From Leucoraja erinacea (Eukaryota): DNA of 64,000 bases. Every line of letters begins with the position of its first letter. The first letter of the stretch is position 1. Positions 37,030 to 50,039 of this stretch are shown here, one piece after another. The notes beneath the pieces are model-generated. The model saw nothing but the letters and a program-made list of their open reading frames with translations. It ran no database searches and was not told the origin of the DNA. The position numbers and the translations under genes are program-made. The stretch covers positions 28,830,001 to 28,894,000 of the forward strand of contig NC_073393.1 of assembly GCF_028641065.1 (NCBI RefSeq). Reading direction: 5' to 3'.

Positions 37030-37450
37030 AAGTGTGAGATAAGTGTGGTGTGTTGCACTTTGGGAAGTCAAGCCAGGGTAGGACTTTCGGAGAGACCCCC
37101 GGGGCTTGTTGTAGGACAGTGGGACCTAGTACAAATCCAAAGTTCTTTGAAAGTGGGGTCACAAATGGACAGGGTGGTGAAGAAGACTTTTGGCACGTTG
37201 CCCTTCATTAGGATGGGAAACGAGTACAGACAACGTTACGTTCGATTGCAGTTTTACAAGACATTGGTGAGGCCGCACTTGGAAACTTATGTGCAATTTT
37301 GGTCACCCAACTACAGGGAGGATTTAATTAGGTTTGAGAAGATTTATGAGGAGGTAGCCAGGACTCTAGGGACTGATCATAGGGAAAGGTTGGGCAGGCT
37401 GGGGACTTTATTCCTTGTTGCGCGGGAGACTGAGAGGCATAGATAAGGTG
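37030..37450 (+). mobile_element. CR1 ORF2 fragment
   Basis: DRVVKKTFGTL...LQFYKTLVRPHLETYVQFWSP. Confidence 0.8.
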
Positions 37451-37864
37451 AATGGTTGGCGTGGACAAATTGGGAAAAGGGTCAAGTCGTACATGCCTTT
37501 AAATGTTTTGCTAAAGGAAACAGATCCTTCCTATTTTTCATGTTCCTGTATTACATCAGTGATTACAATTGGAATCTACTTGTTTGTCGTTGAGTCATCC
37601 ACAAATAAGGTTAGGAACAATCTCAGCAGATGTCTACTTTTCCTCTGAATGCATGTGTCCAAATTCCCCTCCGAGGCCTCCCTGTTGGGCTTCTTTGACA
37701 GCCGCTACCTCATCTTAAAAATTTTCGAGTAAAGAACATTTCCTGAATTCTATTTCTGATTTCTCTTCTGGTATAACCTCTCCTCAAATTGAAACAGAGT
37801 CATAGTCATACAGTAGTATAATAGGCACTTCAGCCCAGCGAAGATGGACCATGCGGAGTGTGGA

Positions 37865-38150
37865 CTCCACTGCCGGAGAAAGGAGCAATGGAGGACCCAG
37901 CATGGGGGGGGACTGTCGTGAGGGAGGGGAGGGGGGAAGGAACAATGGACAATGGAGAACCCAGCATGGGGGGGGGGGGGGGGACTGTCGTGAGGGAGGG
38001 GGGGGGGGGGGGGGAGAACAATGGTAGACCTGGCACAGGCTACTTTGTAACTTTGTAAGCGCTCTTTATGTGGCAACCATTTGCATACCTTAGGTATGCA
38101 AGCAAAGAATTTCACTGTGACATCACATGTGACAATAAAGTATTCATTCA
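37865..38150 (+). mobile_element. Non-autonomous retroposon 3' part with Rex1-type tail and internal tandem duplication
   Basis: Duplicated acaatgg..cccagcatg(G)n actgtcgtgagggag unit; hairpin ttgcatacc-tta-ggtatgcaa; gaatttcactgtg...tgtgacaataaa tail. Confidence 0.55.
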
Positions 38151-38757
38151 AAATCAAATACTAGAGGTCATAGTTTTATGGTGAGAGGGCAAAGTTTAAA
38201 AGGGATGTGTGCTGCAAGATGTTTTACACAGAGGATGGTGAGTGCCTGGAACTTTTGGACTGAGCATTAATTGGGAATGAATTAAAGGTCCCAGACCTGT
38301 TGGTTTGTATTTCCCTCTCGTGTTGCTAGATTGTCCGTCTTCGAATGGACGACTCTTTTCAATCCAGCTGCAATTTCTGGTCTTACTATATTTTCACCAC
38401 TAAATTTACATCTTTTGAAGAACAGACAAACCAAACCCCAAAAAAAATCAAACTCAAATCCCAAAGGAAATCTAACATTACTTATTAGGTTCACTTATTG
38501 TACCACCAGTTTAATTTGGTATTTTATTGTTAACAAGACAGGAAGCAAAGACTGGCGGAATGAAACAACGTGTTAAACTCTGGCTTTGCGCTTGTCGATT
38601 CACAAACATAAGATACAAATCTCTTGTGCTGGTTGGCTACAAGAGTTTGCTGTAAAACTGGTTATTGTTGGCTTAATCAGTCTTTTTTGTACAAAAGTAG
38701 CAATTGAATCTCAATTAAAAGAGTAATGAATGGAGGGCAGGAGTTGTGGGTACATGC

Positions 38758-38855
38758 CAGTCTGAAGATGGGTCGCGACCCGAAACGTCACCCATACCTT
38801 CCCTCTAGAGATGCTGTCTATCCGGCTGAGTTACTACAGCATTTTGTGTTTATTC
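38758..38855 (+). mobile_element. Penelope-derived repeat with intact hammerhead core (38762-38789)
   Basis: CTGAAGA-T-GGGT-CGCG-ACCC-GAAAC-GTC. Confidence 0.78.
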
Positions 38856-38865
38856 ACATTGATGT

Positions 38866-39085
38866 TAGTTCAGTTTAGTTTAGTTTAGAGATACAACCCT
38901 TCGACCCACCGAGTCCCCGCCGACCAGGGATCCCTGTATACTAGCACTACTCTACACACTAGGGACAATTTAATATTTTTACCAAAGTCAATTAACCTAC
39001 AAAACTGTAGTACCTGTAGTCATTATCAAACCCGGGCCTCTGGCGCTGCAGGGTAACAACTCTACTGCTGCTCCACCATGGCACC
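38866..39085 (-). mobile_element. V-SINE (HE1-like), internally deleted
   Basis: (TTTAG)n tail and head. Confidence 0.72.
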
Positions 39086-39202
39086 CAAATATCCTCCTGT
39101 GGCATATTGTTCAGAGGAATAGGGAGGAGGTGTGCAGGGGGTTTGGGGGGGGGGGGGGGGGGGGGGGAGGAGATTGGTGGAGGTAACATTATGCAGCTAA
39201 AA

Positions 39203-39975
39203 TGGAGAAACAAGGAACTGCAAATGCTTACTAAAAGAACACAAAGTGCTGGAGTAACTCAGCAAGTTATTTGCAGCATCTCTGGAGAACATGGATAAGA
39301 TGACGAGTTCAGGTCAGGAATCTTCATCAGACTGATTGTCTTGGGAGGAAAGAAAGAGAGGAGCGTTGTCAGTATAGATTAACACAGGTAAGGGACGTTA
39401 TTGATCTTTGATGGTTTTTGATCCATCTGCCTATTACCTGCCCTGCTTTGTCCTGCTCCCTTTATATTCCAGCTTTCTTCCTCCTCCCCACTCCTACAAT
39501 TAGCTGAGGGAGGATCCTGACCCGAAACGTCATCTATTCATGTTCTCTGGAGATGCTGCCTGACCCGCTGAGTTACTCCAGCACTTTGCAATATTTTATT
39601 ATGCAGTCATCTTGACAACATTACACATGCTTAATAAACGATACTGAATGCCTAATGAGAGTGTTCCATTTCTAGAGTCTAGTTTTCCAAAGCTGGTGTT
39701 CAAAATTCATAAAAAGGTACTAGGCTAGATTTTAAAAAAAAAACACACAAAATACTGGAGTAACTCAGCAGATCAGGCAGCATCCCTGGAGAACATGGAC
39801 AGGTAATGTTTTGGTTGGGACCTTTCTTCAGACTCTGATTATGAATCCAGGTCAGAAGAAGGGTGCTGACCCAAAAGATCACCTATCTATATTGTCCAGA
39901 GATGCTCCCTGACTCACTGAGCCACTCCAGCACTCAGTGTCTTTTTTTGTAAACCAGCATCCTCAGTTCCGTGTT
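39203..39975. mobile_element. Cluster of two inverted-arm Penelope-derived repeats (about 39203-39590 and 39740-39975)
   Basis: ctggagtaactcagc / gctgagttactccag arms; gacccgaaacgtc core remnant at about 39520. Confidence 0.72.
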
Positions 39976-41044
39976 TCCAATTGAGGCGAGATTATACCAT
40001 ACAAGGTTGAATTGTCATCTGTGGACTCAGATGCATAGACTTGATGAAGCTAAGTTCCGTGGGTCAAACTCTCTGGCCCACATATGCTGGAAACTAGGCC
40101 TTGAGAGAGAGTACAAATCCCACACAGATAGCACAATGTCAGGATCTAACCAGGTTTCTGGTGCTGTGAGACAAGAGATCTACCAGCTATGCCATTGTGC
40201 CGCTCACTAAGAAACGATGATAATAAATACCCTCTAATCCAGACCACATTCTGGAGAACTTCTTCTGCATACTCCCAGGTCTCCACATCCTTCCTTTAAT
40301 GGGGCTGCCAAAACTGCATACAATACTCTGAATTTGGCCAAACCAAAGTCCTATGAAGCTGCTGCATGACTTCCTGATTCAATGCCGTGACCGATGATTG
40401 ATCTGGTTTTTCTCCTTCACTGTTTCAACATCGCAGTAATGATAGAAATGAGTGGCTTGCAAGTTCAATTCAAAGGGGAATTGAAGGGCAATCACATTGT
40501 TATCACAAGATGAGATGGTGCCATGACAATTAATGCAGCGTTCATAGAAAGAACAAATGAAAAACCTTCTACCCAACAATCCTTGGCAGGAATCGTTGAA
40601 TGGTTGCACAATGTAACTTCAACATTTAGCGTCTGCAAATTATGTGCATCTGAACCAAGTATTGCACAACACGTGTCTAATTTCATACTTTAAACAAAGA
40701 CAATTAAATATAGAGGCTGAGTGCCTTGAGTTCAACAAGTTTCGCAATCCAGAACCTGTCCTTTTTAGTTAACTTGAAGGGCTGCAGTCAGATTTCAATA
40801 TAATCCACACTCTACTGAAAAGTAACAAACACACACGCCAAATGCAGATTTTAATGGCTGGCCCATGTGTGCATAAAGAGATGATGGATTGCAAGTCAAT
40901 ATTGCCTTCATTCTCCTCCATGGGGCCAGCTCCTTGTACAACCTACGGAGGTCGCAAATCACAATGAAGAGCAGTTTTAGTTGATGTGGGAGGAAGGTGG
41001 GTTTTTGCTCCTGCAGAAAATAAACCAGTTCCCATGTGCTCTTG

Positions 41045-41203
41045 AGAAAACACATAGTGCTGGAGTAACTCAGTGGGCCAGGCAGCATCTCTGGAGAACA
41101 CGGACAGGAGTGACGTTTTGGGTTGGGAACCTTCTTCTGACACTGTTGTGTGCGTATGTATGTGGGAGGGGGGGACTGGAAAATAGGTGGAGCACGACAA
41201 GGT

Positions 41204-41271
<68 letters not shown>

Positions 41272-41660
41272 AAAGGGGGGGGGGGAAACTGGAAAAGGGT
41301 GGGGCACGACAAGGTAATAGGTTGATACAGGTAAGGAGGTTTTTTTGATAGGCAGATGGTTGGACAGAGGTGAAAAGAGAAAAACGTGAGACCAAAAGAT
41401 TGAAGAGTTACGATTGTGATGCTAGAGGAAGGAATGAAAGTGGAAGGGGTGGGTGCCAGTCTAGTTGGGCACAGGGGAGAGTGGAGAGAGGTGGCATGGT
41501 GAGGGGGAGGGGGTGGGTGCCAGTCTAGTTGGGCACAGGGGAGAGTGGAGAGAGGTGGCATGGTGAGGGGGAGGGGGTGGGGTGGCTTATATGGGGAAAG
41601 AAGGGAGAGGGGGAGGGTTGTGTAGTTAGTTAAAATTGAAAAATTTGTTTGTGAGCTACC
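41045..41660 (-). mobile_element. Penelope 3' region containing poly-G tract and 64-bp tandem duplication
   Basis: Family tail 41045-41140; G run 41208-41270; 64-bp repeat period across 41446-41581. Confidence 0.7.
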
Positions 41661-42444
41661 CATCTGCCCTTTCTTTGCTGTTGATGGATATTGATCTGCT
41701 TGACATCACCTCCCTGTGTAGAACTATCTCACAACATCCTTTTGCTATGTTGGAAACATGAGCAGCATCTATGCAGTTTCTCCACAATTACAGAGAGTAC
41801 CAACCTCCTCATGTGTTGCCTCATTGTCACCAGGTGTTGGGGAGCGATCCAATACCAGGTTAAGAAATATAAATTCTTGAAGAAAAAGCCCTGCCACAAT
41901 CTGGGCATCTCTTGCATAGAAATAAATCCATGCAACGCTTCTTCACCAGGACTGACCTGTTGGGTTAAGTTCTATGGTATCAGGTAAGCTGTTGATGGTG
42001 TGTTTCTTTGAAGAAGCTTTGCACCGCATTTGTTGCTACTGCTCATAACTCAACGTTTTAGTGAGGCACTCATGTGGATCATCCAACTGACATAGTGAAT
42101 TGACCTCAAAGAAATGTCAGCGGTAGGGAAGTCCATTTCATACAGTGTGACTATGTTGGTGCTGGGTCAGCTAAGTCTAATTAAGTTTCTTGTTCTTAAC
42201 ACCAACTTTGGAATAGTTACTATCATCAAGGGTGGGTCTTAACCATTTTGGTAGATTCCAATTTAGATTCCAATCTACTTTTAATGCAATCTAATATCCT
42301 TTGAGAATTAGTGAGATATCTTCTCAAGCCCATCAGATGGCTTTTTATAAAGTAGAATGGCAGTATCGATACAATATTTTGCTCGTTGTGAGTCTGTCCC
42401 TCTGTGACTAGTCCCGCAAGACTCCAAATTCATTGAATCAAGGA

Positions 42445-42912
42445 TTTACGAGGATGTTGCCAGGACTAGAGGCAGAGCTATAGGAAGAGGCTGAGTAGGC
42501 TGGGACTCTATTCCTTGGAGCACAGGAGGATGAGGGGTGATCTTATAGAGGTGTATAAAATCATGAGAGGAATAGATCAGGTAGATGCACAGAGTCTCTT
42601 GCCCAGAGTAGGTGAATCGAGGACGAGAGAACATAGGTTTAAGGTGAAGGGGAAAAGATTTAACAGGAATCTGAGGGGTAACTTTTTCACACAAAGGGTG
42701 GTGGGTGTATGCAACAAGCTTCCAGAGGAGGTCGTTGAGGCTGGAACTATCCCATCGTTTAAGATACAGTTAGACAGGTACATGGATAGGACAGGTTTGG
42801 AGGGATATGGACCAAGCATGGGCAAGTGGGACTAGTGTAGCTGGGACATGTTGGCCAGTGTGGGCAAGTGAACCAAAGGGCCTGTTTGCATGCTGTATCA
42901 CTATGACTCTAA
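42445..42912 (+). mobile_element. CR1 LINE 3' fragment
   Basis: LEHRRMRGDLIEVYKIMRGID...NFFTQRVVGV; 3'UTR. Confidence 0.9.
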
Positions 42913-44403
42913 GAGGAATAAACATTTAATGGACTTCCAATATCTTTCCCACTCTTATTAAATCAAATGATTCTATTAAAAAATAACACACACATTTTTT
43001 GTTATCTATCGATGCATTTCTCCTCGTAGCTATGTTTTTGTTAACCCTCCCTTCAGTCAGGCAGATTCCACCCACCAGCTGATATTGTGTAATCATAACT
43101 GTTAAAAAATCTTTTCCCGTCCTATTGAAATAGAGTAGAGACTTTGTGGGCGGAAGTTAAACTGAAGCTTGGGATTTTGTTACAGTTTGCATGTGGCTGC
43201 TATTATTTTATCCTAATCTTAAACATAATAAAAATGGTTAAAAAAAATATCGAGAAGAATTAATGTTTTACATTAAAAGCAGAGATAATAAAGCAACGAA
43301 AATGAAAGAGATTTACAGTGAAAATAAACTTGATCACATCTCCCTTGTGCCAAATCCCAGTGTAAATATTTTTTTGTTAAAGAGAAGTAGATGTTAAGAC
43401 TTGCAAACAGAGCCACTGGTCCATACACAGAATGACCATAAAAATGTAAATTTGTTTATGAGGTAATAACAACATTTAAAAGACACTTGGATGAATAGGA
43501 ATGGTTTAAGGGGTTATGGAACAAATGCAGGCCTAGCTTAGATAGGGGATTTTGGATAGCATGGATGCATTGGGCTGAAGGGCTTATTTCCGTGCTGTCT
43601 GAGTCTTTTACTAAGAGAAATTCTGCTTGAGGCACTGTATAATCTGTGTAGGAAGGAACTGCAGATGTTGGTTTATACTGAAGATAGACACAAAATGCTG
43701 GAGTAACTCAGCGGGTCAGGGTGGCAGCTCTTCCCTGATATTGTTCTTGCTCTAGTGGTGTCAAGCAATTTTACATTTCAGAGGCATATTGGTTAATCTT
43801 TCAATGAAATGCAACAATCTAAATATGAGAAACCCCATAGCAACTTTGCCTTAAGCAACATGTTCAAACCTGGGAAATGTCATATAAGCATAAAGAATGA
43901 CGATGCCATCGACCATGCTGATAATATTTCTGAAATTGTACACAATACGGATTTATCTCTGAGACAAGTCTCATCACTATTCAAATTTTCATGAGCTTTC
44001 CTACATTTACTCCAAAGCTATGTGCATTTCTTTGCACAGAAATGCTTTTGTGCAGTTAACATTAAAACAATATGAGAGTTAATTAAACTTTAGACATTTA
44101 TACAATTTAGAAGAGAGTAGCAAGTATGGTATTTTAGTTCCAAAACCACTTCCTCAAAATAAAGTTACTCTCTCACAGTTTGGAATCCTGTAAGCTGAAA
44201 TATTAATAGGTACAAATAACATGTTTACTGGGTTAAAAAAAATCCCAGATTTACAAGTATTTGTTCTGTGTCTTGGTACAATGGTACAATGGTCGAAGCA
44301 ATGCAAGTTTACAATGGAGTGTTTTCAGAGCTTCCAGTAACTAGTTATTCTTATCTTTGTAGGAATTTAATACTACAGTTTTGCAAATTAAACTCTACTA
44401 AAT

Positions 44404-45717
44404 GATGGCAGATGGTAGAATTGCTGCCTCACAGTGTCAGATCCTGACCTTGGATGCTGTTTGTGTGGAGTTTGTATGTTCTCCCTGTGACCACGAGAGT
44501 TTCCTCCCACACTCCAAAGACGGCATGTTAGTAAGTTAATTGGCCTCTGTAAATTCCCCTTTGTGTGTAAGAAATAGATGCAAGTGGGATAACTTAGAAC
44601 TAGTGCGAACAATGGTTGGTGTCGACTTGGTATAGGTATGTTGCAAAACTTACCTTCAGCGGCGCTGCAGTTCTGCCGCTGCCCGTGTGTGCGACTTTGG
44701 TGCCTTTGAGAGGGGGGCGGGTTTAAAACGCAATTTTCTCTAGGCTGTTGAAATCGATGTTGTTCAGCCTACTTAGTTGCTGACGAAAAATCGCTGCGAA
44801 ATTCGCTGGGTTATTTAATTGTTATAGTAGATTAAAAATCATCCTCTAAAGCCGCGAACCCCAACAACGGGACAGATCTCATGTAGGGGACAAGGCAAGG
44901 TAGGTTGTTTATTATTACATTAAAAAGGGCTTCTTAAGAAACCTTTATACAAAATTTTATGTTGCGAGTAGCTGACTTGGGGCCCATTCAATCCCGCAGT
45001 ATCTTTCATACCATATGGGCTTCAAATTCACCACAATGGCAGCGTTCCAAACCAGCGCGTTCCACTCACAAGCTGATTTAAATGGCCATTAATTTACAGC
45101 AATTGAACACTAAATCCATTCCATTTGGCCTATAAATTAATATCAATGAGATTTAAAAATCATGTTTTATTGTGAATTCTTGTGTGAATGTTCTTTGGAC
45201 ATTTAGGCTATTTAAAAAAATGTTAATCTTTCCTTAAGAAATGGATAGATGTTTAGATCTAGTAATTGAATTTTGGATTAGCTACAATGGGTAAACTAAT
45301 TATATGCTTTAATTTCAGGTCATCCAAGTAAGATTGGTTAATATTTGTTTCAGAATGCTTCAATCTATAATAACTGAAAATTTCTTTCAGTTCTCAATTT
45401 TTAATAAAGTTATGGGCTTTAGACTGTTCTTGATCACAGTTTTTGTGTTAAGTCAATGGAAAATTAATAGGGAACAAGATGCTAATTTCCGAGCATGAAA
45501 ATGACCATAACTTTTTTAATACTGAAGATGTGAAAGTGAATTAGGTGTCAAATTAAACTTATTTTTATGCTTTATCTGATGGTATAAATTGCAGACTTGA
45601 TTTTTAAATTCTCAAAATTTTGTAACATTGCTACTTGGTAGGTTGAATGTCCTGTTTCCATGTAATATCTCTAAACTAAACTAAACTAAACTAAACTAAA
45701 CTAAACTAAACTAAACT
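44404..45717 (+). mobile_element. V-SINE split by a 1-kb insertion; long (CTAAA)n tail 45671-45717
   Basis: SINE reads ggtgtcgacttggta|ggttgaatgtcctgtttccatg across the insertion. Confidence 0.8.
44633..45633. mobile_element. Non-autonomous DNA transposon, unclassified (1001 bp)
   Basis: Imperfect 16-bp TIRs TAGGTATGTTGCAAAA / TTTTGTAACATTGCTA; TSD CTTGGTA (44626-44632, 45634-45640); no ORF of 60 aa or more in the track. Confidence 0.8.
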
Positions 45718-45925
45718 GATACATAGACCAACTTAGACTTTGGAGCTCGAAGCAGAACATTCTATGTTGGTCATAAAATTCCAAATCTGCTCCTCCTTAT
45801 TTTTCTTCATCTCAATCCATCAACATCCCGAATCATGTTAGACTACAGCAAGACAACCAAGACAAATCGGCAGTTGTTATAGGAGAAACATTCCCAACCC
45901 ATCTGCAGTTTCTTTTGGATGTTCA

Positions 45926-46215
45926 TTTAGACTTTAGACTTCAGACATACAGCGTGGAAACAGGTCCTCCGCACCGACCAGCGATCACCCGTGCACTAGC
46001 ACTATCCTATTCACTGGGGACATTTAACCATTTACAGAAGCCATTAACCTTCAACCTGCACATCTTTGGAATGAGGGAGGAAACCGGAGCACCTGGAGAA
46101 ACCACGTGGTCACAGGCAAAGCATACAAACTCTGGACACACGGCACCCGTAGTCAGGATCAAACCCGGGTTTCTGGTGCTGCAAAGCAGCAACTCTACCA
46201 CTGCACCAGTGAGCC
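45926..46215 (-). mobile_element. V-SINE (HE1-like)
   Basis: (TTTAGAC)n tail, body, head. Confidence 0.8.
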
Positions 46216-46476
46216 ATCCCTTTGCAGGTAAAGTAGCAAGTGTCGTGCTTCCTATGTCATGTGGGAAGCTGCCTGAAGAAGGGGAACAGGTACACTTGGC
46301 AATGGAAGAGTGAAGCAGGGAGTTGTGGAAGAAAATGTATCATAAAAATAAATGTACACTCTATGTTACAATTGATCAGACTGATATTTCATTGTACCTT
46401 AATGGGTGAAGGGATAATAAGTGCGAACTTGAACTTGAACTTGATAAAAGTCCCCACTTAAAACAATCTTAGGATA

Positions 46477-46763
46477 GCCACGGTGGCGCAGTGGTAGAGT
46501 TGATGCCTTACAGCACTTACAGCGCCGGAGACCCAGGTCTGTACGGAGTTTGTACGTTCTCCTTGAGACCACGTGGGGTTTCTCCGACTTCTTCAGTTTC
46601 CTCCCACACTCCAAAGCCATACAGTTTGTAGGTAAATTGACTTGGTGTATGTGTAAATTGTCCCAGTGTGTGTAGGATAGTGTTAATGTGTGGGGATCGC
46701 TGGTCGGTGCGGACCTATGTGCCAAAGGGCCTGTTTCCGTGCTATATCTTTAAACTAAACTAA
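46477..46763 (+). mobile_element. V-SINE (HE1-like)
   Basis: cacggtggcgcagtggtagag head; CTAAA tail. Confidence 0.85.
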
Positions 46764-47059
46764 AAAAAAAAGCCATCCTCTCCTTCAGATGCTGACGATG
46801 GCATTTCCTTCAGTTTCTGTTTTATTTTAAGATTTTCTACATTTGCAATTTATTTCCTTTATAAACAAGCTAGCAATGTGGCACATGGAACAAGCCGAAA
46901 TCTCTCTGAAATGGTATTCATACTGATGTAACAAGTAAGCAATTTGAGGGAGAATTTCACCTTTGATCAGTTCCTCCACGATTTGGTTGTAGTTATTATT
47001 GTACAATTGTTTCCACTGATGTAAATTAATCCAAACATGTAGAGATTATTACAAACTCT

Positions 47060-47545
47060 CAATTCAGCATGATGAAGGAGCTCGTCAATGACTTCAGGAA
47101 GGGAGGTGGCATACATATTGTCATCCTCAATGGTGTTTAAGTGGAGATTGTTAAGAACTTCAAATTCCTGGGCAAACTGTAAGAATTTCACTGTTCCGTT
47201 GTTGGTAAATCATTCTAGGTCATTCTCTTTCTATCGAACTGGTTCTGGAATGGCCAACTTGTCTATTAAGGAAGTAATCTTTGACTTCAGAAATGGGAAT
47301 TCAGGAGACGATGCACCAGTTTTCATTGGTGGGTTGGCAGTGGAGAGAATTAGTAGTTTCAAATTCCTGGGTGTTAACACTTCAGATAACCTGCCCTGGG
47401 CACAACAAATACAGTAGATGCTATCATGAAGAATGTGCACCAGTACCTCTACTTTCTTGGAAGTTTTAAGAGATTTGGCATGTTAACAAACATCTAATGA
47501 TGTGTTGTAGAAAGTATCTCAACTGGTTGCATCATGCCCTTGTTC
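47060..47545 (+). mobile_element. Rex1-type RT fragments
   Basis: EVIFDFR...PVFIGGLAVERISSFKFLGV; the motif appears twice. Confidence 0.65.
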
Positions 47546-49034
47546 ATCTGGGTCACTGACATCGTTGATGGAAGTAAATCTGCAATCCTTAACCAGTTAG
47601 TCCTAAATGTGAGTCTGTATCTTTCATTATGACCGCCTCTTACTCCCTCCATAGTTCAGGGACAATTTTGAGGACATGTGAAGAAACAACGAACTGCAGA
47701 TGCTGGGTTACAAAAGAGTTTGAGGTTGTACATTATCCCTGTGACTGCGTGGGTTTTCTCTGGGTGCACTGGTTTCCTCCCACATTCCAAAGACATGAAG
47801 GTTTGTAGGTTAATTGGGTTCTGTAAATTGCCTCTAGTGTCTAGGATGCAAAACAGGGATAACATAGAACTTGTGTATCACTGTTGCATCGGTGCAGACT
47901 TGGTGGGCTGTATCTCAAAAAACTAAAATCAAGGAGTGTTTGAGTAGCTCAGTAGGGTTGGGACTGAGTCTGAAGAAGGGTCCTGACCCAACACTTCACC
48001 TGAAATGCTGCCTGACCGGCTGCCCTACTCCAGCACGCCGCGACTTCTGCAGAAGACATATGAACAGTGCCAGTTTGTGTTAACTTTGCAAACACGCACA
48101 ATGGCTTACATAAAGCGAGTATGAGTGAACGCTTCTGCTAAGCAACTGCAAGAAACCTGTACCAGTCCTCACAAGGTGCCATTTTAATACTTGTTTCTAT
48201 GTGTTACAGCTTGCAGGTCAATCAGTCATCGCAATGGTTTAATGCAATTGTAGTGGCTCAACAATCACTTCTCAAAGATTCTTAGAGATAAGTATGAAAT
48301 GGTTGCCAAAGAAGCCCACATCCTGTATATGAACTTGAGAAGTGTGAAAACACCATTATTACAATTGTTTAACTCTGTTAGTTTTTGTCATGATTGAATT
48401 ATGCCTGCATTTATGCTTAATTTTACAATGGTCAATAGAAAATAGACAATATATTGATTGAAAAAGTAATTTAAGTATAGGTTACCAAGGAATTTTGTCC
48501 GTCTCTGGAAGAAAGAGATGGTCAGAATGAATATGCCAATCTAAGTAATGGATAAAGGTTTCCTATCAGAGCCAATGAAGTGAAAGCAAAATAGAAAACA
48601 AATGAGAAATCAAAAAAGAGTAATTGACAAATAAAGTATAAATGAGGAATGAATCATCTCAAGTTATGAAATTCACTTCTCTATAAATACTGTGATGGTA
48701 AATGACAAGGGAAACAACCGGCTTTATGAAATATACCCATTAATGAAGCAAGTCGCAATTTAAAATGGAATTAAAGGGCTTCATCATTCACTCGATTCAA
48801 ATGAAATAGTTTTATCTACATCGAGATGCGAACCAATTTCATGTAGTTTCTGGTTAATCCCTTTAACATATGTTATTTTCTGCTCTTTAATCAATCTATT
48901 ATATGGCTTTACAAATTTAATTAAAGGGTGGTAGGTATATGGAATCAGCTGCCAGAGGAGACAGTTGAGGCAGGTACTTTCACATTTAAAAAGCATTTGG
49001 AGGGGTCCATGGATAGGAGAGGTTTAGAAGGATA

Positions 49035-49582
49035 CTAGACCAAGTGCGGACCCGTTGGGCCCGCTCCCCCAACACAATATTTCATCAAACTGTGCATGCG
49101 TGGCTGCCGCATTCAAAGTTGTGTCGTTGTCGGCTGAAATTAAGTTAAAGTTAATAAAGTGAATAGAGGGCCCGTGGAGGCATTTGTAAAGTAGAAAGAA
49201 ACTTACCCGTGGGGTCCCCGTTGTGAGGCCAGGCAGGCACATGCAAAAAAAAATATGGCGATTTAAAAAAAATGAAATTTGGGATCCCATTGTGACGTCA
49301 TTGTGACATTGTACGCGGTGAACGGGCAGAGCAAGTGGAAAAGTGATTTTTGTAAAAGTGGTTTTTGTAAAGTTTAAAATGTGAATAACTTGTAAAAGAT
49401 ACCATCAAGGTGAACAAAACTTATTTCATTTACATCACAGGACAATGGTGAGTAAGGTGGGCCAAAAATTGTAGCACTATCGTGTACCATTTTGGTGGTA
49501 TTTCGGGGGGGACACGCACACACACACACATGTACACGCATATATACAAATAAACAAGATGAGAGTTTTAGTAATATATAGA
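49035..49582 (-). mobile_element. Non-autonomous Helitron (548 bp)
   Basis: Minus strand 5' TC, 3' CTAG; GC-rich hairpin 49046-49064 about 11 nt from the 3' end; inserted between host A and T with no TSD; internal (CA)n. Confidence 0.88.
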
Positions 49583-49609
49583 TGGACTAAACACAGGCAG
49601 GTGGAGTAG

Positions 49610-49746
49610 ACAAAATGTTTAAGAAGGAACTGCAGATGCTGGAAAATCGAAGGAAGACAAAAATGCTGGAGAAACTCAGTGGGTTAGGCAGCATCTATGG
49701 AGCGAAGGAAATAGGCAGTGTTTCGGGTCGATACCCTTCTTCAGAC
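49610..49746 (-). mobile_element. Penelope-derived repeat with hammerhead core
   Basis: Reverse complement GTCTGAAGAAGGGTATCGACCCGAAACAC; close to the left arm of 33301-33533. Confidence 0.8.
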
Positions 49747-50039
49747 AGGTGGGACTAGTATAGATGAAACATGTTGGTCTGTGTATGCAAGTTGGGCCAA
49801 AGGGGTTGTTTCCATGTTGTATGACTCAATACCTCTCTAAGACAGTAGTACAAATCATTCTGATGCAATAGAACAAAATGTCCATCCTAGCCAGCCATCT
49901 TCCCATCAAATGATGCACCAGAAAAGTGCTGAATGGTTGCTTTCATGACCTTGATGTTCCAATTAAACGAGTGTTGATTTAGAGACACAAATCCGACAGA
50001 TGCTGGAATCTTGAGTTAAACCAAACTGGTGGAGAAACT

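Larger units (their letters stand above)
48920..49830 (+). mobile_element. CR1 3' end hosting a Helitron and a Penelope-derived repeat
   Basis: Host reads ggtttagaaggata|tggactaaacacaggcaggtgg...|caggtgggactagtatagat... Confidence 0.75.

Noticed and set aside
40795-41663. Poly-proline / poly-glycine ORFs
   Set aside because: Translation of the poly-G tract inside a Penelope UTR; not a formin- or WASP-like gene.
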